Below, one piece after another: positions 40,067 through 49,237 of a DNA stretch of 64,000 nucleotides (its first letter is position 1; each line of letters opens with the position of its first letter). Source of the DNA: Vulcanimicrobiota bacterium (GTDB lineage: Bacteria; Vulcanimicrobiota; Vulcanimicrobiia; Vulcanimicrobiales; Vulcanimicrobiaceae); the NCBI GenBank assembly GCA_963723515.1, contig CAVRQT010000003.1, positions 896,001-960,000 on the forward strand. The letters run 5' to 3'. The notes under the pieces were generated by a model. That model was given only the letters and a program-made list of their open reading frames with translations, did not search any database and was not told the DNA's origin. A program made the translations under genes and the position numbers.

Positions 40067-40841
40067 CAGTCTTCAGTTCCCAACCTCCGGCTCCGGCATT
40101 CTCTTCGACGTGAGCAATTTGCGCCGCTTTAGGAATCGCGAAAACGGCGACGTCACGCGTCAGAAAGTTCAAGATGACCTGATGGACCGTCTTGCCATGC
40201 TCGCGAGCGATTCGTTCTAAGACCTGCGAGCGTGTGGCCGACAGGCCGCGGCCAAAGGGCGTGTATGCGACGACGGCGACATCGTGCGCCTTGCAATAGG
40301 GGATGAGCCGCGCCTCGATGCCGCGCTCGCGCAGATGGTAAAGCACTTGATTGCAAGCCAGCGGTACGCGCCGCAGCGCGCGCCGCGCCTCATCGAGCTC
40401 TTCAACATCGAAGTTGCTTACGCCGATGAACCGCGCTTTGCCGTCGTCCACCAACTGCTCGAGCGCGCTCATCGTTTCGGAAATCGGAATCGAGCCTGGC
40501 CAATGCAAGAGATAGAGGTCTAAGTAATCGGTGCGCAGCCGGCGCAACGAACGATCGCAAGCCGCAATTGTCCTCTTAAATGAAGCGTTGGACGGCAGCA
40601 CTTTGGTCGTTAAGAACACCGACGAACGGTCTAGGTCTGAAATCGCATCCCCAACGATCTCCTCAACTCGGCCTGAACCGTACATCTCCGCTGTGTCGAT
40701 GTGATTCATTCCCAGCTCGATGCCGCGACGAAGCGCCGCCTTCGCTTCACGCAGTCGCGCGCCGCGTTGCGGAAATTCCCAGGTGCCTTGTCCGATCCGC
40801 GGCAAAGCGATCGTCGTTGTCCCGAAGCGGCGTCTCTCCAT
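40002..40841 (-). CDS. Aldo/keto reductase
   Basis: IGQGTW, IDTAEMYG, DLYLLHWP, IGVSNF, IPKA. Confidence 0.92.
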   Translation of the reverse strand: MERRRFGTTTIALPRIGQGTWEFPQRGARLREAKAALRRGIELGMNHIDTAEMYGSGRVEEIVGDAISDLDRSSVFLTTKVLPSNASFKRTIAACDRSLRRLRTDYLDLYLLHWPGSIPISETMSALEQLVDDGKARFIGVSNFDVEELDEARRALRRVPLACNQVLYHLRERGIEARLIPYCKAHDVAVVAYTPFGRGLSATRSQVLERIAREHGKTVHQVILNFLTRDVAVFAIPKAAQIAHVEENAGAGGWELKTDDIRRIDEAFPLVDQGQLATL

Positions 40842-41353
40842 TACAGCGCTTCGTCTTTGGTTGAAAGGATCGGGTGGCGGCCATCGAGCGGCCACGCGAT
40901 TGCGACCTCCGGATCGCGCCAGCTCAGTCCCGCCTCGGAGCGCGGATTGTAGGGCGCACTCTGTTTATACACCACGATCGCCTCATCGCTCAGCGTTAAG
41001 AACCCGTGCGCAAAGCCCGGCGGGATAAAAACCTGCCGGTGATTCAGTGCGCTGAGCTCAACCCCGGTCCACCGCTTGAACGTTGCGGACTGCGGCCGAA
41101 CGTCAACCACGACGTCGAAGATGCGCCCGCGTACGACGTAAACCAGCTTTGCCATTCGGAGATCGTAATGCATTCCGCGCAAAACGTCTTTGCGCGAATA
41201 CGAAACGTTGTCTTGGATGAACGTCTCGTTGATGCCGAGGGCCACGTATTTCTCTTTTGAGAATGCTTCCTGAAAGTAGCCTCGTGGATCCTCAAAGACC
41301 TCGGGCTCAATGAGCTTGACTTCAGGAAAATCGGTCGAGAGCAGCTTCAGCAT
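40841..41353 (-). CDS. rfbC: dTDP-4-dehydrorhamnose 3,5-epimerase
   Basis: DPRGYF, QDN.S.S, LRGMHY, IPPGFAHGF. Confidence 0.93.
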   Translation of the reverse strand: MLKLLSTDFPEVKLIEPEVFEDPRGYFQEAFSKEKYVALGINETFIQDNVSYSRKDVLRGMHYDLRMAKLVYVVRGRIFDVVVDVRPQSATFKRWTGVELSALNHRQVFIPPGFAHGFLTLSDEAIVVYKQSAPYNPRSEAGLSWRDPEVAIAWPLDGRHPILSTKDEAL

Positions 41354-41371
41354 TCTACTGCGCGGTATCGC

Positions 41372-42490
41372 TCAAAATATTGCCAATTGCGCGTTGTGCG
41401 CCGCGTAGGCAAGCAGACCGCCGCGCAGATGCAGCAGACGGCGAAAGCCGGCGTCTTGCAGACGGCGGATTGCCCACTGAGATTGCTGGCCCAAGCGGCA
41501 TGCGACGACATAGGTCTGCGCCGTATCCAATTCATGCATGCGCGCCAGCAGCTGGGACGACGGGATGTGCAATGAGCCCTCAACGGTTCCCAGCACGGCC
41601 TCATGCGGTTCGCGAACGTCAAGCAATGTTGCCGCCGCAAGCGCTTCCTCTAAGCACTCGGGTTCAATCTCGGGAACGCCTGAATGCGGCGGCTCTTCGA
41701 GTTGAACGTCGCGAACCTCAGTGATGGAGCGCCGCGGGCCACAGATTGCACACGCGAGATCCCGCGTAAAGCGAACTTCGCGCGTTACGCCGCGCAACGC
41801 TTCGATTAAGAGCAACCGGCCCGAAAGCGGCTCGCCGATACGCAAGATCGCTTTCAGCGCTTCATTCCCTTGAAAGGCCCCCGCGATTCCGGCTAAGACG
41901 CCGAGGACGCCGCCCTCTGCACACGTCGGCACCGTCTCGAGCGGCGGCGGCAACGGAAAGAGACAACGGTAACAAGGACCACCATCAAGGTTGAAGACGG
42001 TCACCTGCGCATCGAAGCGGAAGAGGGATCCGTAAACGTCCGGCTTTCCCTCCAACACGCAGGCATCGTTGATGTGATAGCGTGACAGAAATCGATCCGT
42101 GCAATCCAGAACGACGTCGTAAGGCCGCACGAGATCGCGCGCATTGCTCGCATCGAGCCGGATCGGGTATGCGTCAACTGCGACCTGCGGGTTCATCGCC
42201 ATCAAGCGCTCTGCGGCAACTGCGACTTTCGGACGGCCGATGTCCGCGGTCGAGAAAAGCGTCTGCCGTTGCAGGTTCGTTTCATCCACAACGTCGTCGT
42301 CGACGATGCCGATGCGGCCAACTCCCGCGGCAGCCAGATACGAGAGCACGGGTGCGCCAAGACCACCGGCTCCAACGCACAATGCTCGCGCAGCGAGGAG
42401 CCGCTGCTGGCCTTCGAGCCCGACCTCCGGCATCAGCAGATGGCGGCTATACCGCCGATGCGTCAACGCGGGTGCAGCTCGTTCAACCAT
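41372..42490 (-). CDS. moeB: Molybdopterin-synthase adenylyltransferase with rhodanese domain (MoeB/MoeZ)
   Basis: RYSRHL, GAGGLG, NLQRQ, CYRC, TCAEGGVLG, CAIC, C-terminal DVRE..CRLG. Confidence 0.9.
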   Translation of the reverse strand: MVERAAPALTHRRYSRHLLMPEVGLEGQQRLLAARALCVGAGGLGAPVLSYLAAAGVGRIGIVDDDVVDETNLQRQTLFSTADIGRPKVAVAAERLMAMNPQVAVDAYPIRLDASNARDLVRPYDVVLDCTDRFLSRYHINDACVLEGKPDVYGSLFRFDAQVTVFNLDGGPCYRCLFPLPPPLETVPTCAEGGVLGVLAGIAGAFQGNEALKAILRIGEPLSGRLLLIEALRGVTREVRFTRDLACAICGPRRSITEVRDVQLEEPPHSGVPEIEPECLEEALAAATLLDVREPHEAVLGTVEGSLHIPSSQLLARMHELDTAQTYVVACRLGQQSQWAIRRLQDAGFRRLLHLRGGLLAYAAHNAQLAIF

Positions 42491-43179
42491 TGTAAAACCG
42501 GCGCCCGCGATGCATCGGCCGCGGTCGTATGATCGCTTTGGACTGTGACAAATGTCTTCGGTTCCGGCGCACGAGTGAATAATTCGCGAACGCTGGCCTG
42601 ACTCACCATCATGTCGCGGTCGGCGGCCACGTAGAGCACGGGGCGGCCAGCTAACATCGGAAGTTCTCGCTCGAACGCCGCATCGAGTGCTGCGCTAAGC
42701 GCCGGTAAGGTCAAGCCGTCCACGTACGAATCCCGAAAATCTGTTGCGCCTAAGGAGCGCAGCGCAGCCAGCGCCGACGGGCGGCCGTAACCGGTCGCAA
42801 TAGAGATCGCTCCGCTGATCTCTGTATCGCGCGCCGCAGTGCGCAATGCCGTCATCGCACCCATGCTATGTCCGATCGTGTAAATCGCACCATCCGTTTC
42901 TTCTCGCGCGCGTGCCACGACCGATTGCATGCTTGCGACCAGATCTTCGTCCGAGTTCAAACGGCCGCCGCTAGCGCCCAGTTTATGTCCCGGAAAATCG
43001 AGACTATAGATGCGAAAGCCGTGGCCGGCCAAAAAACCGCACAGAAAATCCAAATTGTGTTTCGAGCTCGAATAGCCATGGCCGGCGACGAGCGCAACAT
43101 TGCGCGGACGTCGCGCCTCGTACACCAATACGGCGAGATTCGCGGCGCCCGAGGGAACGCGGAGCAGCTCAACCTTCAG
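42463..43179 (-). CDS. Alpha/beta hydrolase (start CTG 43179 or TTG 43128)
   Basis: HGYSSS, LDFPGH, GHSMG nucleophile elbow, SDH. Confidence 0.85.
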   Translation of the reverse strand: MKVELLRVPSGAANLAVLVYEARRPRNVALVAGHGYSSSKHNLDFLCGFLAGHGFRIYSLDFPGHKLGASGGRLNSDEDLVASMQSVVARAREETDGAIYTIGHSMGAMTALRTAARDTEISGAISIATGYGRPSALAALRSLGATDFRDSYVDGLTLPALSAALDAAFERELPMLAGRPVLYVAADRDMMVSQASVRELFTRAPEPKTFVTVQSDHTTAADASRAPVLQWLNELHPR

Positions 43180-43608
43180 GAGGTTGCCCCGCTTGCAACC
43201 GTATCGATCCAGTGCGCCGATCCATCAGCGTACCGCTCCTGCTTCCAAATTGCCGCTCGCCGTTTCAATTGCTCGATCGCATAAGCGCAGGCTTCAAATG
43301 CATCTGCGCGATGTTGGCATGCCACGGCGATGGCAACGCTCGCTTTGCCGGCCGGCACCCTTCCAAGACGGTGCTGCATTGCTACGGCACACGGTCCCCA
43401 CCGCGCCCGAACTTCATCGGCAATGCGCTGCATCTCGCAAAGAGCGAGCTCCTCATAAGCTTCATAGTTGAGCTCTTGTACTCGCCGGCCGGCGCCCGGC
43501 GTCCTCGCGAACGACGCCTTCAAAGAGCACGACGCCGCCGAAACGTTCGTCCCGCACTGCAGCGTTCACGGCACTGCTGTCGATCGCTGTCCGCGTCAGC
43601 TCGATCAT
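43176..43608 (-). CDS. moaE: Molybdopterin synthase catalytic subunit (frameshift near 43490)
   Basis: GGVVLFEGVVR, then LNYEAY, HRLG, HRADAF, IWKQE. TGATG overlap with moaD. Confidence 0.88.
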
Positions 43609-43853
43609 CAGCCGCCGCTGCTTGGCGGCAAGACAGCCAGTTCGTCGCCGTCGCTCAACTTAGCGTTTGGATCGACGATTTCGCCATTGCGGGCAAAGCG
43701 CAATGCACCGCGCAACGACGAAAGCTGCGCGACGTCTTTGGCGACCGAATCCCAAACCGACTGGACCGTCGCGTCTTGTGCCACATCCAAGGGTTTCGGA
43801 TCGCCGTTGAGCAGCTCGCGAACTCGCGCAAAGGTCCTCAAGCGAACCTTCAT
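43608..43853 (-). CDS. moaD: Molybdopterin synthase sulfur carrier
   Basis: FARVRE, DGDELAVLPPSSGG C-terminal Gly-Gly. Confidence 0.92.
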   Translation of the reverse strand: MKVRLRTFARVRELLNGDPKPLDVAQDATVQSVWDSVAKDVAQLSSLRGALRFARNGEIVDPNAKLSDGDELAVLPPSSGG

Positions 43854-44692
43854 GCCGTTCTCTGCTGCGTCCGCGCGCCACGGCGAAGCGCAAATCGCTC
43901 GATCGCGGTCGCGACACCATCTTCGTCGTGGTTTTCGGTCACATAGCGCACCGACTCACGGACTTCGCGCGCTGCGTTACCCATTGCGACTCCTACTGCG
44001 GCCCAACGTAGCATCGGCAGATCGTTACGGGAATCACCGATAGCCATGACACGCTCGCGCGGAATCTGAAAATCTGCGCAAAGCCGGGCGAGCGCTTCGC
44101 GCTTTCCCGCTTCGTGACTCGTGATCGCAACCTCAGGAAAAGAGCCTGTGCTGAGCAAGGTCGAAGCATCCCACTGTTCGTGACGGAAGTTTAACGGCCA
44201 ATCGCCGAACCGCCGCACGACTTCATCAACCGAAGGCTCTCCGAAGAATCGAATCAGCGTAGGCGCAACATGGAGCACATCAGAGAATGTCTTGACGCTC
44301 TGCCAACTTGAACCAACAACATCGTTGCGAAGCATCCGATCGCCCTCGAGCCAATAGAACGCCTCTTCGATGTAAACCGCGAGTGAGAGCTCATGGTGTT
44401 CGCCATACTCGACGATCGGTTTCGCATATTGCAGCGGCACCGGAATATGTCCGAGCGTGCGATTCGCTGTGAAATCCTTCGTGAGCGCGCCATGGCAGCA
44501 GATAATCGGGAGATTCAAGCCGAGGTCTTGCGAAAGACGAATCGGCGTGGCAACGCCGCGACCCGTTACCAGGACGATCCGAATTCCGGCGTTCAGCGCC
44601 GCACGGATCGCTTGACGGTTGCGTATGCTGATTTCGCCGCTCGAATCGAGCAGCGTCCCGTCGAGGTCGAGCGCGATCAAATCTATCGTCAA
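43850..44692 (-). CDS. Cof-type HAD-IIB hydrolase carrying an 8-aa repeat-derived insertion
   Basis: DLDGTLL, VTGR, K, AIGDSRNDLPML, AMGNA. Confidence 0.9.
   Translation of the reverse strand: MTIDLIALDLDGTLLDSSGEISIRNRQAIRAALNAGIRIVLVTGRGVATPIRLSQDLGLNLPIICCHGALTKDFTANRTLGHIPVPLQYAKPIVEYGEHHELSLAVYIEEAFYWLEGDRMLRNDVVGSSWQSVKTFSDVLHVAPTLIRFFGEPSVDEVVRRFGDWPLNFRHEQWDASTLLSTGSFPEVAITSHEAGKREALARLCADFQIPRERVMAIGDSRNDLPMLRWAAVGVAMGNAAREVRESVRYVTENHDEDGVATAIERFALRRGARTQQRTA
44144..44167 (-). repeat. 24-nt REP-derived mini-element, in frame within the HAD gene
   Basis: GCTTCGACCTTGCTCAGCACAGGC encodes ASTLLSTG, same pattern as 38131 and 51069. Confidence 0.75.
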
Positions 44693-44755
44693 AATACAAT
44701 CTACAGGTCAGCTGCAAGTCGTGGGCGCAACATTTAGCAAGGGTCAGGCGTTGTC

Positions 44756-45169
44756 ATGCATATGAGATTCCTCCGAGCAACGCGCCGCGGCGCGTTCATC
44801 GGCCTGGTGTGGCTCGGCGCGCTCGCGCCCGCTGCGGCACAGCCGCAGAGCCACTGCACGCGCGAAACGCTGAACGTGACCGGCACACGGGTAACGGTCA
44901 GCTACTGCGTCCTCTCAGCCGCGAGGAGTCCCGATGGCCGCGAAACGATCGCCAACGTTCAAGAAACCTACAGCTCGGCGCGCGGTTCCTTCGGCCAAAC
45001 CGCGCCGCTCTCGTTCTTGACTGGTGACGACCCGTCGCGTGTCATCGAAGACGTCTCGCTGGCACGTTTAGGAATGACCGGGACGCTTCATCTAACGCTC
45101 ATCATGCGTGCGCAACGAGTGGTCGTTGAAGCCGCTATCCTAACCCCGGGCGCCATCGTCGTCAAATAG
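44756..45169 (+). CDS. Secreted hypothetical protein (possible Tat signal)
   Basis: TRRGAF plus hydrophobic stretch and AAA. Confidence 0.6.
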   Translation: MHMRFLRATRRGAFIGLVWLGALAPAAAQPQSHCTRETLNVTGTRVTVSYCVLSAARSPDGRETIANVQETYSSARGSFGQTAPLSFLTGDDPSRVIEDVSLARLGMTGTLHLTLIMRAQRVVVEAAILTPGAIVVK

Positions 45170-45302
45170 CGAACCAAACGCGCCACTTCAAGCCGGCGCT
45201 TGCAACTTCTGCCGCGGAGTGGGTATTGTAGAGCATGATGCGGCGGCGATACATCGCCTTTAACTCGTCGAAAATCCCCGAAGGCTGTCGATAGCGATAA
45301 CG

Positions 45303-46736
45303 ATGGGCTGTACGGCGTTTCAACCGAATCTCACGGCTCGAGAGCAAGCGCGTTTCCTTTACGAAACGATTCCCCCCGGTCTCTTCAAAGTCGAAGGCGA
45401 CGAACAGAAAGTACCGTGGCGCGTAGCTCCCGAGCCGTTCGCATTGTCACCCGCGACCTACGAAACGATCCTTCGGATCGGTGACGATCTGCTCGCGTTC
45501 TACAAAGCGCTCAATGCGCTCTACATCCGCAGTTCGCGCGGCACCGCCCCACCCTTCATCGCGGAGTATCTCGATCAGGGCAAACCCGAGCACATCGTCC
45601 GGCTCTCACGACAAAATCGCTTCAAAGCTGAATTGCCGGCGGTCATTCGGCCGGACTTGATTCTGACGGACGACGGCATGATTGCATCGGAGCTCGACAA
45701 CGTTCCGGGCGGGATGGGATTCGTTGGAGCGATGGCCGAGGCGTATTGCAAGCTCGGAATGGAAAGCGTCGGCGGATCGTACGGCGTCCCTGGGCGTTTC
45801 GCAGATATGATGAAGGCGTTGACCGGCAATGCGGCGCCTACCGTCGCCGTGGTCGTTTCCGAAGAATCGCGCGATTACCGTCCTGAGATGGGATGGCTTT
45901 GCGAAACGCTTCGGCGCGAAGAAATTCTCGAAGCGTACCTTTGCGCGCCGCAGGACGTCGTCTTCACCGAAGAGGCGCTCTTCATTCGGCTGCCGGAAGG
46001 CCGCGAGCAGAAGATCGATGCGCTCTATCGCAATTTCGAACTCTTCGATCTGCTTAACATCCCAAAACAAGAACTGATGTTATATGCGGCGCGCCATCAG
46101 CGCGTCCGCATGACCCCGCCGCCAAAAGCGCAACTTGAAGAGAAGCTGGCCTTCGCGCTGCTGCACCACCCGGCGCTGGCGAATCTTTGGAAGGCGGAAT
46201 TGGGAGCGCAGGTGCTGCAGCGGCTCAAGACGCTCTTTCCGCAGACGTGGGTCATCGATCCACGACCGCTTCCGCCGCAAGCCGTCATCGCAAATTTGAG
46301 CGTCATGGGCGAAGCGGTCAACGACTGGATGCAGTTGTTGAAGGCAGGGAAGAGCGACCGTGATTTTGTCGTCAAACCATCAGGTTTTTCGGAGCTTGCC
46401 TGGGGATCGCGGGGAGTACGCGTCGCCAACGACCTCACAAAAGACGAGTGGGCCGCAACCTTACACGAAGCGCTCGATCGGTACAACAAGACACCGCGGA
46501 TTCTGCAGCGCTTTCATAAGGGCAAACGCATCCGACAGGAGTACTTCGATCCGCAAACTGACGAACTTCGAACGTTCGACGGCCGTGTGCGGCTCTGTCC
46601 GTATTATTTTATCGTCAACGACCGCGTCGAGCTTGGGGCCATTCTTGCAACCGTCGCGCCAGCCGACAAACGGTTGATCCACGGCATGACCGACGCCGTC
46701 ATGGCGTCGTGTATCTTATCGGATTCGGGAAACTAG
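45303..46736 (+). CDS. Circularly permuted ATP-grasp-like hypothetical protein
   Basis: IRPDL...SELDNVPGG, VVKPSG...WGSRGV, ILQRF, RVRLCPY. Confidence 0.6.
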   Translation: MGCTAFQPNLTAREQARFLYETIPPGLFKVEGDEQKVPWRVAPEPFALSPATYETILRIGDDLLAFYKALNALYIRSSRGTAPPFIAEYLDQGKPEHIVRLSRQNRFKAELPAVIRPDLILTDDGMIASELDNVPGGMGFVGAMAEAYCKLGMESVGGSYGVPGRFADMMKALTGNAAPTVAVVVSEESRDYRPEMGWLCETLRREEILEAYLCAPQDVVFTEEALFIRLPEGREQKIDALYRNFELFDLLNIPKQELMLYAARHQRVRMTPPPKAQLEEKLAFALLHHPALANLWKAELGAQVLQRLKTLFPQTWVIDPRPLPPQAVIANLSVMGEAVNDWMQLLKAGKSDRDFVVKPSGFSELAWGSRGVRVANDLTKDEWAATLHEALDRYNKTPRILQRFHKGKRIRQEYFDPQTDELRTFDGRVRLCPYYFIVNDRVELGAILATVAPADKRLIHGMTDAVMASCILSDSGN

Positions 46737-46747
46737 CGCCTTAAGTC

Positions 46748-47398
46748 TTACCGTCTTCGGATAATCCGCAGGTTTTCGCCCGGGATGTCAACTTCGTCCA
46801 CAACGAACGTCGTTGGATCGTACCACTCCACGAACGGCACTTCGCCTTGGCAGGAGAGACTGACGTCCCCGGCCGGAACACCCGATGGCCGCTGCGAGAC
46901 GACGTCGCGCAACACGCTGACGAACGCACGCGAGCCGAGCCCAGGCACCAGCGCGGTCGCATCGGCGTCCTTCCACGCTTTCATCTGCGCCGGCAACATC
47001 AAGAAGCCCGACATTGTCGCGTTATCGAGGATGATGAAACTCTTACTGCTGCCGCCCATTTGAATCGTCCGCTGATCTGAACCAGCCGTTATCGTTGCAG
47101 AACGGCCGTCGAATGAAACGCTCGCCTGCATCGAGTCGTCTTGCTGCCGGTACGATGACGTGTAGCCCACGGGAACTAATGACGGATCCAACAGCATCGT
47201 AGAATTCGTTTTCGTGTCGGTCCCTTGCAGATGCGACGTGCTCGATTCCACGAGCTTCGTCCCGGGAGGCGCGGCGGTCACGGTGACGCTTGTGCTGCCG
47301 ACGGATTTGCGATCGATCAATGCTTCGTAACGATAAGTGCCCACCGGCGGCGCAACCGCCGCGCTGTCAATTGCCAGCGTAAGGATCAGCGGAAGCAT
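46748..47398 (-). CDS. Secreted hypothetical protein
   Basis: Short signal peptide, beta-rich 216-aa ORF. Confidence 0.6.
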   Translation of the reverse strand: MLPLILTLAIDSAAVAPPVGTYRYEALIDRKSVGSTSVTVTAAPPGTKLVESSTSHLQGTDTKTNSTMLLDPSLVPVGYTSSYRQQDDSMQASVSFDGRSATITAGSDQRTIQMGGSSKSFIILDNATMSGFLMLPAQMKAWKDADATALVPGLGSRAFVSVLRDVVSQRPSGVPAGDVSLSCQGEVPFVEWYDPTTFVVDEVDIPGENLRIIRRR

Positions 47399-47402
47399 TT
47401 GA

Positions 47403-48551
47403 TCACGCCGTCGCTGCGACGGCCGGAACGAGGCCGCTCATCACCACCAACAGTTCGTCGATTTCATCCTCGGTATTGTATCCGTGCGGCGACACGCGGA
47501 TGCCGTTCGTGCGGTACGTCGTGATGATGTTCTCATTCTGCAGCGCGCGACCCAATTCGATCGGATCGCGCTGCGGCATGTTAAACGTCACGATGCCTGA
47601 CGACGTTTCGGGCCCGCGATAGCTCGCGATTTCCGCGCCGAGGCGCTGCAAGCCCTCGCACAGCCGGTCCGTAAGATGCAGCACATGCTTTGCAATTCGA
47701 TCTTTGGGCTCGGCTAAAACCTGAATGGACTTAGCCATTGAAAAAGCTCCAATGAAATTTGGCGTTCCTCCTTCGAATCGGGAAGCATCGTCCACCGGCG
47801 GTTGCTCGTAATTGAAAAAGTCCCAGAGATTGACTACGGAGCGCCATCCCGGCGCGGCCAACCGCAATTGATCGATCAGCTCTTTGCGCACGTAGAGAAA
47901 GCTGACGCCTTGTAGCGCCATCAGCCACTTCGCTCCGCCGGCATAGACTGCATCGACGCCGGTGCCTCGAACGTCGAGTGGAAAGGCTCCGAGCGACTGC
48001 ATCACGTCAACGCACAAAAGCGCGCCCACCTCATGTGCTGCTTCGGCCAGCGCGGCGAGATCGTGGCGGTAACCATCTGCGAAGCTCACCCAGCTTACGG
48101 CGACGACACGCGTGCGTTTCGAAAGGTGCGCTCGTAGAACATCGGGGGTTAGACGCTCCTTCGCCGTTTCGACGAACGTTACGTTGACGCCGAAATCACG
48201 ACATGCGAGCCACGGATAGGCATTTGACGGGAACTCGTTATCGCCGAGGATGATTTCATCACCGGCTCGCCACTGGATGCCGGCCGCGATCGCATTTGCA
48301 GCCTCAGCAGTATTGCGAAGAAAGGCAATCTCCGAGGCGCCGGCTCCGATGTAGCGCGCTACTTCCGCCCGGTATTCCGGCATTTGCAAATCGTATGGAT
48401 AGACCCCCACAATCCCCGCGTTTGCATGCTGCTCGATAAATTCGATGAGCGCATTGCGCGTCGGCACCGGCAGAATGCCGACGGCGGCATGGTTGAGGTA
48501 GTTGAAGTGTTCGGTTACCGGAAAGAGTTTTCGGTCGAGCGGCGTCTTCAA
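47403..48551 (-). CDS. Class V PLP enzyme (cysteine desulfurase/C-S lyase-like)
   Basis: YLNHAA, EFPSN, VD.MQSLG, AKWLM, RFEGGT, IRVSPHGYN. TTGA overlap with phoU. Confidence 0.85.
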   Translation of the reverse strand: MKTPLDRKLFPVTEHFNYLNHAAVGILPVPTRNALIEFIEQHANAGIVGVYPYDLQMPEYRAEVARYIGAGASEIAFLRNTAEAANAIAAGIQWRAGDEIILGDNEFPSNAYPWLACRDFGVNVTFVETAKERLTPDVLRAHLSKRTRVVAVSWVSFADGYRHDLAALAEAAHEVGALLCVDVMQSLGAFPLDVRGTGVDAVYAGGAKWLMALQGVSFLYVRKELIDQLRLAAPGWRSVVNLWDFFNYEQPPVDDASRFEGGTPNFIGAFSMAKSIQVLAEPKDRIAKHVLHLTDRLCEGLQRLGAEIASYRGPETSSGIVTFNMPQRDPIELGRALQNENIITTYRTNGIRVSPHGYNTEDEIDELLVVMSGLVPAVAATA

Positions 48552-49180
48552 GCGCCGATCATGACCTTCGTGTGCCAAGCGATGTTTTGGGCGCGATCGC
48601 CGACGCGTTCAAGCCCGGCGAGCACAAAGAGCATCCGCGTGCCCGCGCGCACGAGCGCCGGGTCGGCCTGCATCTCCGCTCGAAGGGCTTTGATGCCGCG
48701 CTTGTAGAGTTTGTCGACTTCATCGTCGCTTTCGATCACGCGCTCGGCCAGCGTATCATCCTCGTCGGTATAGGCGCGCATTGCATCCACAAGCATTGCA
48801 TGGGCAGTATCGGCGATGCGATCGACCTCGACGCTCGCCGGACGGAGCGGCACGTCGGAGAGCTTGATCGCATTCTTGGCGATCTCGACGGCGTAATCGC
48901 CGATCCGCTCGAGGTCGGTCGCGATCTGCAGCATCGAGGTGATCGCGCGCAACTCTCCCGCCACGGGCTGCTGCTTCCAAATCAACTCGATGCACGCCGC
49001 TTCGATCTTCCGGCGAAGGTCGTCAACGGCATCATCGCCGGCAACAACGCGCGCGCCGACGGATGCATCGCGGCGTTCCAACGCCTCAACCGCCGTCTGT
49101 ATCGCGTCGGAAACGAGCGCGCCGAGTCGAACGACATCGAGGCGCGTCGCTTCAAGAGCTGAATGGTAAGCCGTTCGCAT
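48548..49180 (-). CDS. phoU: Phosphate signalling protein PhoU
   Basis: QQPVAGELR, DLERIGDY, DDEVD, LERVGD.A.NI. Confidence 0.93.
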   Translation of the reverse strand: MRTAYHSALEATRLDVVRLGALVSDAIQTAVEALERRDASVGARVVAGDDAVDDLRRKIEAACIELIWKQQPVAGELRAITSMLQIATDLERIGDYAVEIAKNAIKLSDVPLRPASVEVDRIADTAHAMLVDAMRAYTDEDDTLAERVIESDDEVDKLYKRGIKALRAEMQADPALVRAGTRMLFVLAGLERVGDRAQNIAWHTKVMIGA

Positions 49181-49186
49181 GCGTTC

Positions 49187-49195
49187 AGTATAGCA
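49187..49195 (-). promoter_or_regulatory. Extended -10 box giving a probable leaderless phoU transcript
   Basis: TGcTATACT, then 6 nt, then ATG. No SD sequence. Confidence 0.55.
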
Positions 49196-49237
49196 CGCCG
49201 AAAGGGAGCAGCAAGCCAACGGCAGTAAGGCGTTTTC

